From NCBI GenBank assembly GCA_949372875.1, contig CASIAW010000012.1:11651-75650 (forward strand): a stretch of DNA of 64,000 nt, written 5' to 3'. The translations under genes and the position numbers were made by a program. Numbering within the stretch: the stretch's first letter is position 1; each line of letters begins with the position of its first letter. Positions 1 through 8,499 of the stretch are shown here, one piece after another. Origin of the DNA: Candidatus Poseidoniaceae archaeon. Its GTDB lineage: Archaea; Thermoplasmatota; Poseidoniia; Poseidoniales; Poseidoniaceae. The notes under the pieces are model-generated. The model ran no database searches, was not told the origin of the DNA, and worked only from the letters and a program-made list of their open reading frames with translations.

Positions 1-438
1 CTTGGAGCCGTTTCTCGGGCAGATGTTTTGTCCCCTGATGTGGACGAGGCATTTGCACACCGGGACTTCTTGAAGGCTGAAGGCGACCGACTGCACAACG
101 AATTCCTTGAACTACGACAAAAATCTGATGAGATGCACAATAAAATCACTGAACTTATGGTTGACGTCAACAAGGTTCGTGACAAACTCAACATGGCCCG
201 AGATGAGCGAAAGTCATGGATGACCGATCATAATGCTTCTGTGAATGCAGAAATGAAAACAGGTGCTGAATCTGCTGAAGTTGCTGATGAACTCGTTTCA
301 ACACTCCTCAACTCTGGCGGAATCACTTTTGGTGGAATTGGAGAAGGCGACGGCGCATCTTCATCCAAAAGAAAGGCCAAGTCAGGTAAGAAAAAGTCGA
401 TGCGTAAAATCGACATGAATGCTACACGACGACGCTGA
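1..438 (+). CDS. C-terminal part of a coiled-coil protein with a basic tail (gene continues upstream of the window)
   Basis: Frame 1 is open from nt 1 (LGAVSRADVLSPDVD...), so the tracked ORF 28..438 is 5'-truncated. Charged heptad-like sequence (LHNEFLELRQKSDEMHNKITELMVDVNKVRDKLNMARDERK) and tail KRKAKSGKKKSMRK. Family not identified. Confidence 0.5.
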   Translation, partial: LGAVSRADVLSPDVDEAFAHRDFLKAEGDRLHNEFLELRQKSDEMHNKITELMVDVNKVRDKLNMARDERKSWMTDHNASVNAEMKTGAESAEVADELVSTLLNSGGITFGGIGEGDGASSSKRKAKSGKKKSMRKIDMNATRRR

Positions 439-447
439 GGTGTTTTC

Positions 448-1509
448 TTGTTCGGTGTCATCATGGCTGGCGGCCAGGGTTCTCGTCTTCGACCTCTTAC
501 GCTTACTCGTCCAAAACCAATGGTAGAAGTTTTAGGGCGACCCGTTATTGATTTTGTTAAAGATGCAATGCATGATGCTTCAATCGATACTGTTGTTGTG
601 ACCACTGGCTACCGTGGTGAGCAGTTGGAACAGCATGTCCAGTCGTGGAACTCTGGCGAGCGCCCAATTCAAGCATGGGTGAACCAGGAATCTACACCAA
701 TGGGGACCGCAGGTAGCGTACGACTTTTAGCAGAACATTTGACTGAGACTTTTGTTGTTGGTTCCGGCGATTCAGTTGCTTCTTTTGATATACGTGCTTT
801 ACTCAAATCTCATCGAGAGAGTGGAGCAAAAGTCACCATGGCGCTTTGGGAAGTTGAAGACCCAACAGAGTTTGGAATCGTCGGACTTTCAGAATCTCAC
901 TTGGGGAATCTTGATGGTCAATTACGCCAAGGATATATCTGTCGTTTCAAGGAAAAGCCAACTGCTGAAGAGGCTTTTAGCAATGTAATCAATGCAGGTC
1001 TGTACATTATTGAACCAGAAGTTCTTGAACTCGTTCCAGAAGGAGAGAAATTTGACTTTAGCAAACAACTGTTCCCAATGGTGCTGGAAAAAGGATGGCC
1101 AATGTATGCGAAAACGATTGATGGTGTCTGGTTTGATGTCGGACATCCCTCTGAGTTAATTCGTGCCCAACACACACTCATAGCTCAACGTAATACACTC
1201 CCATTTCCGCTTCCTAATGGGGATTTTGAAGACGGGAATTTTGTTGCTCAAAGTGCGCAAATGAGAGGTTCGATGAAAGGTTCCGTCGTTTCAGCAAACA
1301 GTCAAATTGGTTCAGGTGCTCATCTCGAAGATGTCCTCATAATGTCTGATTGCTTGGTCGGGGAAAATTGTCACCTTACGCATACCGTCATAGGACGTAG
1401 TGTCACGATTGGAAAGGGGTCGCGTTTGAAAAATGTCATCGTTGGCGATGGTGTGGAATTGAAAGAAAACAGTGTTTTTGAGGACTGTCGTATCCCGATA
1501 ACAGACTAA
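448..1509 (+). CDS. Sugar-phosphate nucleotidyltransferase (NDP-sugar pyrophosphorylase) with C-terminal left-handed beta-helix
   Basis: N-terminal loop IMAGGQGSRLRPLT..PKPMV is typical of glucose/mannose-1-phosphate nucleotidyltransferases. C-terminal hexapeptide repeats (IGSGAHLEDVLIMSDCLVGENCHLTHTVIGRSVTIGKGSRLKNVIVGDGV). TTG start at 448. Confidence 0.85.
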   Translation: MFGVIMAGGQGSRLRPLTLTRPKPMVEVLGRPVIDFVKDAMHDASIDTVVVTTGYRGEQLEQHVQSWNSGERPIQAWVNQESTPMGTAGSVRLLAEHLTETFVVGSGDSVASFDIRALLKSHRESGAKVTMALWEVEDPTEFGIVGLSESHLGNLDGQLRQGYICRFKEKPTAEEAFSNVINAGLYIIEPEVLELVPEGEKFDFSKQLFPMVLEKGWPMYAKTIDGVWFDVGHPSELIRAQHTLIAQRNTLPFPLPNGDFEDGNFVAQSAQMRGSMKGSVVSANSQIGSGAHLEDVLIMSDCLVGENCHLTHTVIGRSVTIGKGSRLKNVIVGDGVELKENSVFEDCRIPITD

Positions 1510-1553
1510 TCAATTTTCCGTTTGAATAAAATACCTCGGCATTTCGCATCAAA

Positions 1554-1802
1554 ATGAAGCCCATGTCCTCCGACTCTACTCCTCATCGAAGTTACGACCG
1601 ATCCTGGGAAGAAATCGAACAAATGTTAAATCGTGCTGAACTCAAACGTATAGAGTGGAAGTCTTGGTTTGAAGAGTGCCGTAAGAATGAAGACAGAGAT
1701 GGCATGAAGGAAGCTGCTCGTAATCACAAAGCACTCGATGGTGTTGTAAAGACGCTCAAATGGACGCTTGGCGAAGTTGGTATCTCCAATCCCTTGGACT
1801 GA
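1554..1802 (+). CDS. Small hypothetical helical protein (82 aa)
   Basis: ATG-initiated ORF filling the gap between two confident genes. No recognisable motif. Confidence 0.4.
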   Translation: MKPMSSDSTPHRSYDRSWEEIEQMLNRAELKRIEWKSWFEECRKNEDRDGMKEAARNHKALDGVVKTLKWTLGEVGISNPLD

Positions 1803-2804
1803 TTACCAACCACGTTGGGCGTATTGAACATCCAATGTTTCGAGTTCATCACCTTTCATTGCCTTACCAACAGTCATTGCCATTGCTTCAGTGACTTTTT
1901 CAGCATTGTCAAAGTGTGCAGTTGCCAGAACAATGGCGTCTGCCATTGTCTTAGGGTCAGATGACTTGAAGATTCCAGATCCAACAAAGATTCCGTCCAT
2001 ACCGAGGCGCATCATGTGTGATGCATCAGCAGGAGTAGCGATTCCACCTGCAGAGAATGTCACAACGGGTAGCCGTCCCATTTCCTTTACTTCATGGAGA
2101 ATGGCTTGTAGTCCCTCACTCATCGTATCGTCAATTGGCCCGAAGGGAGTCATTGGGTGAAGACCGGGTAATTCAGAGGCATCTGCGAGAACTTGATAGC
2201 GTCCTGCAATCATGTGTGCTACTTTTTCGATTCCATCATCATCAAGCGATTGAATTTGTCGAATCTCTTGGTCGATGAGTCGAGCATGGGTTACAGCAGC
2301 GACAAGATTTCCAGTTCCAGCTTCGCCTTTGGTTCGGATCATCGAGGCGCCTTCGTAAATACGACGGACTGCTTCTCCAAGTCCAGTGGCTCCACAAACA
2401 AAAGGAATGGTGTAATCCTTTTTGTTGATGTGGAAGTATGGGTCTGCTGGTGTGAGAACTTCAGATTCATCAACCATGTCGACGCCCATTGATTCGAGGA
2501 TTCTTGCTTCACCTTCGTGGCCGATACGTGCTTTTGCCATGACAGGTATTGAAGTGCAATCGAGGATGCCTTGTATCATGTCTGGGTGGCTCATTCGGGC
2601 AACTCCACCGTCTCGGCGAATGTCGGCAGGAACTCGCTCGAGTGCCATGACTGCGACTGCACCAGAGTCTTCGGCTACTGCCGCTTGCTCTGGGTCTACG
2701 ACATCCATGATAACGCCGCCTTGTTGCATTCGAGCAAAGCCACGCTTGATCAAATCACTGCCGTTTCTAAGTTGAGTAAAGTCGGTTCGAACCATTCCAA
2801 TCAA
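1803..2804 (-). CDS. pdxS: Pyridoxal 5'-phosphate synthase, lyase subunit PdxS
   Basis: GGVIMDVVDPEQAAVAEDSGAVAVMALERVPADIRRDGGVARMSHP...IPVMAKARIGHEGEARILE...DESEVLTPAD matches the highly conserved PdxS/SNZ core. Confidence 0.92.
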   Translation of the reverse strand: MIGMVRTDFTQLRNGSDLIKRGFARMQQGGVIMDVVDPEQAAVAEDSGAVAVMALERVPADIRRDGGVARMSHPDMIQGILDCTSIPVMAKARIGHEGEARILESMGVDMVDESEVLTPADPYFHINKKDYTIPFVCGATGLGEAVRRIYEGASMIRTKGEAGTGNLVAAVTHARLIDQEIRQIQSLDDDGIEKVAHMIAGRYQVLADASELPGLHPMTPFGPIDDTMSEGLQAILHEVKEMGRLPVVTFSAGGIATPADASHMMRLGMDGIFVGSGIFKSSDPKTMADAIVLATAHFDNAEKVTEAMAMTVGKAMKGDELETLDVQYAQRGW

Positions 2805-2879
2805 TCCCTCCTAGGATGCGCCCTTCATGAACATTGGTTCTTGTTTTCGATACAATCTCAGTTGATTCTCGAACAACTT

Positions 2880-3158
2880 TCAATCATCTGCAAGGACGGG
2901 TGTGTCACCTTCAGCGATGTCTGCATCAATTGCTTCTTCAGCATTTCGGTCAATCCAATGTTCTTCATCATCTGGGACGTCCGTATCAGCAAAGATAGCA
3001 TCAACAGGACACTCTGGAATACATGCACCACAGTCAATACATTCGTCGGGGTCGATAATCAAATATCGGTCTGCTTCTCGAAATGCTTCTACAGGGCAAA
3101 CTGCTACGCATTCTTGGTATTTGTGGTCAACGCAAGCGGTAGTTACAACGTGAGTCAT
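2880..3158 (-). CDS. Ferredoxin, FdxA-like 7Fe type ([3Fe-4S][4Fe-4S])
   Basis: MTHVVTTACVDHKYQECVAVCPVEAF....IDPDECIDCGACIPECPVDAI shows the cysteine pattern of Azotobacter-type ferredoxins. Acidic C-terminal extension. Confidence 0.85.
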   Translation of the reverse strand: MTHVVTTACVDHKYQECVAVCPVEAFREADRYLIIDPDECIDCGACIPECPVDAIFADTDVPDDEEHWIDRNAEEAIDADIAEGDTPVLADD

Positions 3159-3220
3159 GGTAAATCCTCAATCACCCCCAAGCGCTTGTGCTACATGAAG
3201 CCTTTGAGAAAATCTGTCGA

Positions 3221-5614
3221 CTATTGAGCATCTAACCATTTCTGGCCATAATGCGTCCATTGTTCCATTGTCCATCCTTGAGGTAATCCCTCTATCGGTA
3301 TCGGTGGTGGATTGAGGCCCTCGTTTTGGGCGGGAGGTTCAATCGGTGCTGGTGGTTCAAGAGACGGTAATTCAACCATAGGACTGACATGGGCGAATTC
3401 AGCAGTTGAATCTTGAATGCCATATTCGAGGAAGAATACCTCACTCTTCATATTGTCTTCATTTTTCTTAGAGCCAAAGAATTGTGATGCGATTACGTAG
3501 AATAGTATCCACGTTCCTGAAACAATCAGAAGAAATGAAGAGATGATTTTTGGAGACATTTCCAGTCCATCTGAATCTTTTTGCATCTCCGTCAATGCGT
3601 CCGTATCATCATTGTCCATGTTAACAGTTTGATTTTTAGTTTCGTTATTCCCTTGTGGTGTTGAAGTATTGCTTGAGTTACCGAGACCGTCTCCAGAACT
3701 TTGTTCGGAATTGTTTGAGGAATTATCAGATTCTGGTTCAATTGCGTCACAGCCATCTGGAGTTCCATCGCCATCTATGTCCGACGTATCATCAAAACCT
3801 TCGCAGAGATCCAACTCATTCGATATGCCATCAGAATCATTGTCGAGAAGGTCATCACAATCATCTGGAATTGAATCATTATCCACATCCACGAGATCAT
3901 CATAGCCTGGGCACAAATCTATACTATCTGCAACTCCGTCGCCATCTGCGTCAACTAAAGAGTCGCAACCATCTGGAATTGAGTCATTGTCTCGGTCGAG
4001 TAAATCATCGAATCCATTACATATATCCTCGGGGTCAAGAACAGAATCGGCATCTGAATCATCGATGCATCCATCGCCATCTGAATCCCATGGTAGTGAT
4101 TCTTCATTTGGACAGAGATCAGTCCAAGTTTCAAGATAATCTCCTGGTGACATATCTTTATCCGAAAAAGCGACAAAGTCTCCGGCATAACGTCGAACTT
4201 TGAAAATAGCATTTGCAGTTGTCCCAGCATTGTTGCCATCAGGAATCACCTCTCCTTGAGTGAGTGTACCTTGATTCGTAATTGGGCTGATGTATTCCCA
4301 AACAATCTCTCCATCCAAATCTACTTCATACAGCGTTCCTTTGGTGCCAAAAGTAACCAGTGTGTTTCCGTTTGGTAAGCGTTCAGCACCTGAAATGGAT
4401 TGCGCATACATGTTTTGACCCAAACCCCAAGACCAACTCGAGACATTCGGTCCCCAGGTTCCGTTGGCTTGTAGGGGATAGTTTTCGTCCACATAGGTGG
4501 TTGGAATGATATCAACAGAAGAGAAACTGGATGGACGACCGTTACCGTTGTTGAAGACCAAAAAGTCACCAGCTCCCTCCCTTCCTTGTTCAATCCATTG
4601 AACATCGTGTTGTCCAAACAACTGCTGGTCACTTGACAGTCCAGCATCGTAAGCTTGCGGGTTCCCCCAACGATACAAGAAATCGCCACCTTTGCCGGAA
4701 TTCCCTCCAGTGTGGCCTGCTGCTTCCGCAGTCGTTGTGCTGTGGTCGATAATGTAGAACTCGTTAGTGTTCTTACACGAGAGAGCAATCTGGTCGAGTA
4801 GGGCGTTGTAATCGATTCCGTTACAATGCATCCAATCAGCACGCCCTGCTTGGTTTCCGGTGGCGCCGATAAAATTGATATCCAGCAATTCTGGATGGTC
4901 TGCTACCACTCCAAAGTTATCGACAGAGGCATCGTAATCTTGAATCAAATGATCCCATGCATGCCATTCCCACACGATGTTGGCTTGGTTATTGGCGAGC
5001 GGTTCTATCTCGATGATATGGTCTGGCCAGACATTGGCGTTACCTCCGGGTGCATCACTTGCAATAGCGGGGTTTCGACCGGCCTGCAATGCTTCAGCCT
5101 CTGTTTTATCTTCCCACGCAATTGCGAGAATATTGCCATTCGGCATTGGTTCAATATCGTGATGGGTAATGTACTCCATGGAAGAGTATTCCCACGACCA
5201 TTCATTGCTCCCATCCCAGGCTATTCGTTCAATTTTTCCTGCGGTTCCTCCACCGCTAAAATCTCCCACTGCCTGTTGAGCAATGTTCGCCGTACGCAGA
5301 AGGTCTCCATCTTCCAGTAAATACGATGCAAGAGCGGGGCGGTGAGCTCCTGGTGATTCCCATGAATGTACTTCTCTACCTTGATAATCAATCAAATAAC
5401 TTGTAGTCGAAGGCATCGGTGAAAAGAGCGTATACCCTTCGCTTACGTTGTTCGAACACGAGATGAGCCCCATGGTCCAGGTACCATTCCGGTCTGCATT
5501 GCAATGTGGTGGTTCATTGACCGTCTCTGCATCTGATGTCGACCCTTGTGGAAGGATGGTTAAGCAGAGCATCAACATCAGAGAGAGTATGATGGCGCGA
5601 ACCTTCACATCCAT
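3221..5614 (-). CDS. Secreted, membrane-anchored arylsulfotransferase (ASST)-like beta-propeller protein with thrombospondin-type-3-like Ca-binding repeats and a Pro-rich cytoplasmic tail
   Basis: Signal peptide MDVKVRAIILSLMLMLCLTILP. ASST-like motifs HHDIEPMPNGNILAIAWE, VWEWHAWDHL, DWMHCNGIDYN...FYIIDHS. Asp-rich repeats DSDGDGCIDDSD / DRDNDSIPDGCD / DADGDGVADSID / DVDNDSIPDDCD / DNDSDGISNELD / DIDGDGTPDGCD. One TM (IISSFLLIVSGTWILFYVIASQFF), then an ~85-aa tail. Confidence 0.6.
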   Translation of the reverse strand: MDVKVRAIILSLMLMLCLTILPQGSTSDAETVNEPPHCNADRNGTWTMGLISCSNNVSEGYTLFSPMPSTTSYLIDYQGREVHSWESPGAHRPALASYLLEDGDLLRTANIAQQAVGDFSGGGTAGKIERIAWDGSNEWSWEYSSMEYITHHDIEPMPNGNILAIAWEDKTEAEALQAGRNPAIASDAPGGNANVWPDHIIEIEPLANNQANIVWEWHAWDHLIQDYDASVDNFGVVADHPELLDINFIGATGNQAGRADWMHCNGIDYNALLDQIALSCKNTNEFYIIDHSTTTAEAAGHTGGNSGKGGDFLYRWGNPQAYDAGLSSDQQLFGQHDVQWIEQGREGAGDFLVFNNGNGRPSSFSSVDIIPTTYVDENYPLQANGTWGPNVSSWSWGLGQNMYAQSISGAERLPNGNTLVTFGTKGTLYEVDLDGEIVWEYISPITNQGTLTQGEVIPDGNNAGTTANAIFKVRRYAGDFVAFSDKDMSPGDYLETWTDLCPNEESLPWDSDGDGCIDDSDADSVLDPEDICNGFDDLLDRDNDSIPDGCDSLVDADGDGVADSIDLCPGYDDLVDVDNDSIPDDCDDLLDNDSDGISNELDLCEGFDDTSDIDGDGTPDGCDAIEPESDNSSNNSEQSSGDGLGNSSNTSTPQGNNETKNQTVNMDNDDTDALTEMQKDSDGLEMSPKIISSFLLIVSGTWILFYVIASQFFGSKKNEDNMKSEVFFLEYGIQDSTAEFAHVSPMVELPSLEPPAPIEPPAQNEGLNPPPIPIEGLPQGWTMEQWTHYGQKWLDAQ

Positions 5615-5672
5615 ATCGAATGCTCATTGCACTAGGTTTTCAACTTAGTGCAGTGGTGACTTTCGTTAAGAA

Positions 5673-6119
5673 TTATTCAGATGTAACGGCCTTTACCATG
5701 GCTGCTTGTAGTACTTTCTTGCATTCATCAAGAGCAACTTGGCCAGGGTATACCTCTACTTTCGTATGGCATTTGATGGTGATGACTTCACCCGGTGCAG
5801 CGAGAACGACTTGGCCATCAATGAATTCATTGAGGTCTAATCGGAAATGTAGAGTATTGTTTTCATCAAAGCGGATTTCCAAGTCTTCGAGAAGCGCTTG
5901 AAGATTCTCTGTTCCAATTCGAGACAAGGAGTTGAGTGAGTTGGCCTTCTTTTTCGAGACACCTGACACCATGTGTAATCCAGAGCCATGATATGACGTA
6001 GTTTGTTCAATGTTAACCATTTCAGGGTCGCCAACAAGCCACGCTATTGCATCAGCAACAACCGTCTCGTCTGCTACTGCACTGGCAGTTGCTCGCCATG
6101 TGATATGATGGAGGCCCAC
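5673..6119 (-). CDS. Conserved archaeal protein, possibly the UPF0201/COG1931 (DUF54) RNA-binding family
   Basis: 148-aa ORF. The pattern ITWRATASAVADETVVADAIAWLVG...TLHFRLDLNEFIDGQVVLA resembles the COG1931 family as I remember it. Not verified. Confidence 0.4.
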   Translation of the reverse strand: MGLHHITWRATASAVADETVVADAIAWLVGDPEMVNIEQTTSYHGSGLHMVSGVSKKKANSLNSLSRIGTENLQALLEDLEIRFDENNTLHFRLDLNEFIDGQVVLAAPGEVITIKCHTKVEVYPGQVALDECKKVLQAAMVKAVTSE

Positions 6120-6288
6120 AACCTTGGGGTAGACTTCATGCTCATGAGTTTACCGAATCAGCGCGCTGAAAAAGAATCCTTCCTCGGAAAATATTGGTTG
6201 AGACGAAGAGGCTTCTTCAAATAGGGGAGGTTGGTGGCCAAGTTGCAAGTGGGGTAGCCCCCGCAAGACAACACCCCGAGATGATACA

Positions 6289-7179
6289 ATGGCAAAAAAA
6301 ATCAGTGTAAAGGCACGTGCAGCAGCACGTAAGCAACGAGACAAGTGGAAGAACAAGATTTGGTACACAATTCGTGCGCCTCGAACACCATGGGATTTTA
6401 AGAAAATTGGAGAAACTCTGGGGGAGTCTGATGAACATATCCTCGGCCGTATCTATGAAATGACACAACAAGAATTCAACGGCGATTTCACGAAGATGCA
6501 CGTCATCCTTCGTTTCCGTGTCCATGAGTGCGTTGGTCAAGATGCACTTACGACATTTATCGGCCACCACCACCAAACCGATCATATCCGCCGTCAAATC
6601 CGCCGCTACCGTGGCAAGGTTGACGATGTCGTGGATGTTGTTTCAACTGACGGATACCTTATCCGCCTCAAGCCGCTCATAATAACGCAAAAGCGTGTTC
6701 AGACTTCGGTCAAGCAAGCAATGCGTTCAAAGGCTCGAGACTTGATCATCTCTTTTGCTTCCAAAGCAACCTATTCGAAGATTCAAACACAAATCCTCGA
6801 CGGAACATTGGAAGAAGAAATCCGCAAGGCAGTCAAGCCAATCTATCCAGTAAAGTCTGTAGCTATTCGTAAGAGTCAACTGCTCCAAGCAGGTGTTGTT
6901 GCAGAAAACGGAAAAACACTTGATGAAATCCACGCCGAAGAGGCTCGTAGCGATGCTGAACTCAAAGCCAAGAAGGCTGCAGCACTTGCTGCTGCTATGG
7001 AAGGCGAAGAGGCGAAGAAGGCGAGGAAGAAGACTCCACTCCTTCAATTATTGACGCTGCTGAGGCAATGGAACCAGCATCTGAAAAAGCACCTGCTGAA
7101 AAAGCACCTGCTGAAGAAGCACCTGCTGAAGAAGCGCCTGCTGAAGAAGCAGCACCGAGTGCTGATTACGATTCAATGA
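6289..7179 (+). CDS. rps3ae: 30S ribosomal protein S3Ae (eS1); the last ~50 codons of the tracked ORF look out of frame
   Basis: MAKKISVKARAAARKQRDKWKNKIWYTIRAPR...GRIYEMTQQEFNGDF...IRRQIRRYRGKVDDVVDV.T.DGYLIRLKP is canonical S3Ae up to about nt 6890. The tail HLKKHLLKKHLLKKHLLKKRLLKK is the frame-1 reading of a 15-bp repeat that reads EKAPA in frame 3. Confidence 0.85.
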   Translation: MAKKISVKARAAARKQRDKWKNKIWYTIRAPRTPWDFKKIGETLGESDEHILGRIYEMTQQEFNGDFTKMHVILRFRVHECVGQDALTTFIGHHHQTDHIRRQIRRYRGKVDDVVDVVSTDGYLIRLKPLIITQKRVQTSVKQAMRSKARDLIISFASKATYSKIQTQILDGTLEEEIRKAVKPIYPVKSVAIRKSQLLQAGVVAENGKTLDEIHAEEARSDAELKAKKAAALAAAMEGEEAKKARKKTPLLQLLTLLRQWNQHLKKHLLKKHLLKKHLLKKRLLKKQHRVLITIQ

Positions 7180-7268
7180 AGGTTGCAGAACTCAAGGAAC
7201 TCTTGAAGGCTGCAGGAAAACCTGTCTCTGGAAAGAAGGCAGATTTGATTGCTCGTTTGAACGAGTGA
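7068..7268 (+). CDS. SAP-domain (Rho-N-like) reading frame preceded by an (E/K)EAPA linker. It is either an independent 66-aa protein or the displaced C-terminus of S3Ae
   Basis: MKVAELKELLKAAGKPVSGKKADLIARLNE fits the SAP helix-extended-helix consensus. Frame 3 is open from 6960 and overlaps the S3Ae ORF by 112 nt. Confidence 0.6.
   Translation: MEPASEKAPAEKAPAEEAPAEEAPAEEAAPSADYDSMKVAELKELLKAAGKPVSGKKADLIARLNE
7083..7157 (+). repeat. 5 x 15-bp tandem repeat (gaaaaagcacctgct / gaagaagcacctgct ...) encoding EKAPA/EEAPA
   Basis: Read directly from the sequence. Units start at 7083, 7098, 7113, 7128 and 7143 (the last is degenerate). Confidence 0.9.
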
Positions 7269-7366
7269 CGCTCTTGGACGACCGTCCCCCATAAGAACCA
7301 GCGAAAGCAAGGTTCCAACCCCGCATTCGCCGTAGGTTTGACATGCAAGAGACGCGAGGCAGTGAC

Positions 7367-8152
7367 ATGAAACGACTTGGGGTGATTGGAGGAACAGGCC
7401 TCATCAACATGACTGTTGGTGATGAGATGAAGCAATCGGGGCTTACTCTACTTCGGCGTGATGACGTAACTGTCGAAACGCCTTGGGGAGATGTCCCGTT
7501 GACGTGTATGCGCTTACAAGCAGGTGATGAGGAGAAAGAACTGTTCTTTCTTCAACGACACCACAATCAGGGAGAAGCAAGTAAACCACCTCACATGATT
7601 GAACATCGAGCGAACATGCGCGCATTGGCTGATGCGGGGTGTGAAGCGGTCATGGCGGTGTGCTCCGTCGGTGCGATACCTCGTGATTTCCCTCCAGGTA
7701 AAGTCGGTTTAGCCGATCAATACATTGATTTTAGTGGAATTGCAACTACATTTCACGATGATTCAGCCGTGTTTACTTCAGTTACAGAACCCTTTGACAC
7801 AGCTCTTAATCATCGACTCAGCGAAAAATTGCGCACAGTTCAAGAATTCTCGATGAAAGAGAGACTGTTCTACACCTATTGGCTAGCCCAAGGACCACAT
7901 TTTGAAACCAAGGCCGAAATCGATGCGATTGATACACTTGGTGGACACATGGTTGGAATGACCATGCCTCGAGAAGCCAAACTTGCCCGAGAACTCGACC
8001 TCCCGTATACTGCCGTATGTATTTCCTCAAACTGGGCAGCAGGTCGAGAGCCCGGAGACGCTGGAGCAGACTTAGACCATCATTCCGTTTCTTCTCAAGC
8101 GAATCGCCGACTTAAACCAGTTTGGGCGTGCTTGATTGAGCTGCTTTCCTAA
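7367..8152 (+). CDS. S-methyl-5'-thioadenosine phosphorylase / purine nucleoside phosphorylase family protein
   Basis: MKRLGVIGGTGL...FLQRHH.....PPHMIEHRANMRALADAGCEAVMAVCSVGAI...GHMVGMTMPREAKLAREL matches MTAP-type PNP motifs. The ATG at 7367 is preferred over 7343. Confidence 0.75.
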   Translation: MKRLGVIGGTGLINMTVGDEMKQSGLTLLRRDDVTVETPWGDVPLTCMRLQAGDEEKELFFLQRHHNQGEASKPPHMIEHRANMRALADAGCEAVMAVCSVGAIPRDFPPGKVGLADQYIDFSGIATTFHDDSAVFTSVTEPFDTALNHRLSEKLRTVQEFSMKERLFYTYWLAQGPHFETKAEIDAIDTLGGHMVGMTMPREAKLARELDLPYTAVCISSNWAAGREPGDAGADLDHHSVSSQANRRLKPVWACLIELLS

Positions 8153-8162
8153 TTGCCGTTGA

Positions 8163-8489
8163 TTGCTGCACAATGGCTTCGCAGTAAGCGTTTTTACAGG
8201 TGTCATGGAAAAACACAGCGTCATATACCCCCCTTACTATCTTAGTTACATGAACGGAGTTTTATCTGACACAAAGAAAGTAGTATCCACCACAAACGTG
8301 GTCGGTTATGTATTGGGCCTATTGGGAATATCAATGATTGCAGTTACGCAAGTCGTAACTGTCCTCTTGCCCTTGTTATTCGCACCACTCGTGTGCGCAA
8401 CATTTGGCTTCTTGCTATACAAGACGCAGCCATTCAACGAACCGACCGTGGTTCGTGTTGGTCCATCACCACAAGGTAACCAAGAGTGA
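8163..8489 (+). CDS. Hypothetical small membrane protein (2 predicted TM)
   Basis: Hydrophobic segments VVGYVLGLLGISMIAVTQVVTVLLPLLFAPLVCATFGFLLY. Non-ATG start in the track. Weak support. Confidence 0.3.
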   Translation: MLHNGFAVSVFTGVMEKHSVIYPPYYLSYMNGVLSDTKKVVSTTNVVGYVLGLLGISMIAVTQVVTVLLPLLFAPLVCATFGFLLYKTQPFNEPTVVRVGPSPQGNQE

Positions 8490-8499
8490 ATTACATTCA

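Noticed and set aside
2571-3227. 218-aa plus-strand ORF spanning the pdxS start, the ferredoxin gene and the spacer
   Set aside because: It is antisense to two strongly supported genes (PdxS, ferredoxin). Its composition is Cys/Ser/Phe-rich and unlike a real protein, and it has no motifs.
3592-5320. Several 60-180-aa ORFs in alternative frames or on the opposite strand within the 797-aa surface-protein gene (e.g. 3655..4203, 4321..4842, 4826..5320)
   Set aside because: They are shadow ORFs produced by the Asp/Gly-rich, stop-poor repeat sequence. The 797-aa frame carries the signal peptide, domain motifs and TM.
7033-7179. The HLLKK-repeat tail of the S3Ae ORF as a genuine amphipathic Leu/Lys domain
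   Set aside because: It coincides exactly with the 15-bp repeat, whose frame-3 reading (EKAPA linker + SAP domain) is far more protein-like and continues to a proper stop. I treat it as out-of-frame read-through.
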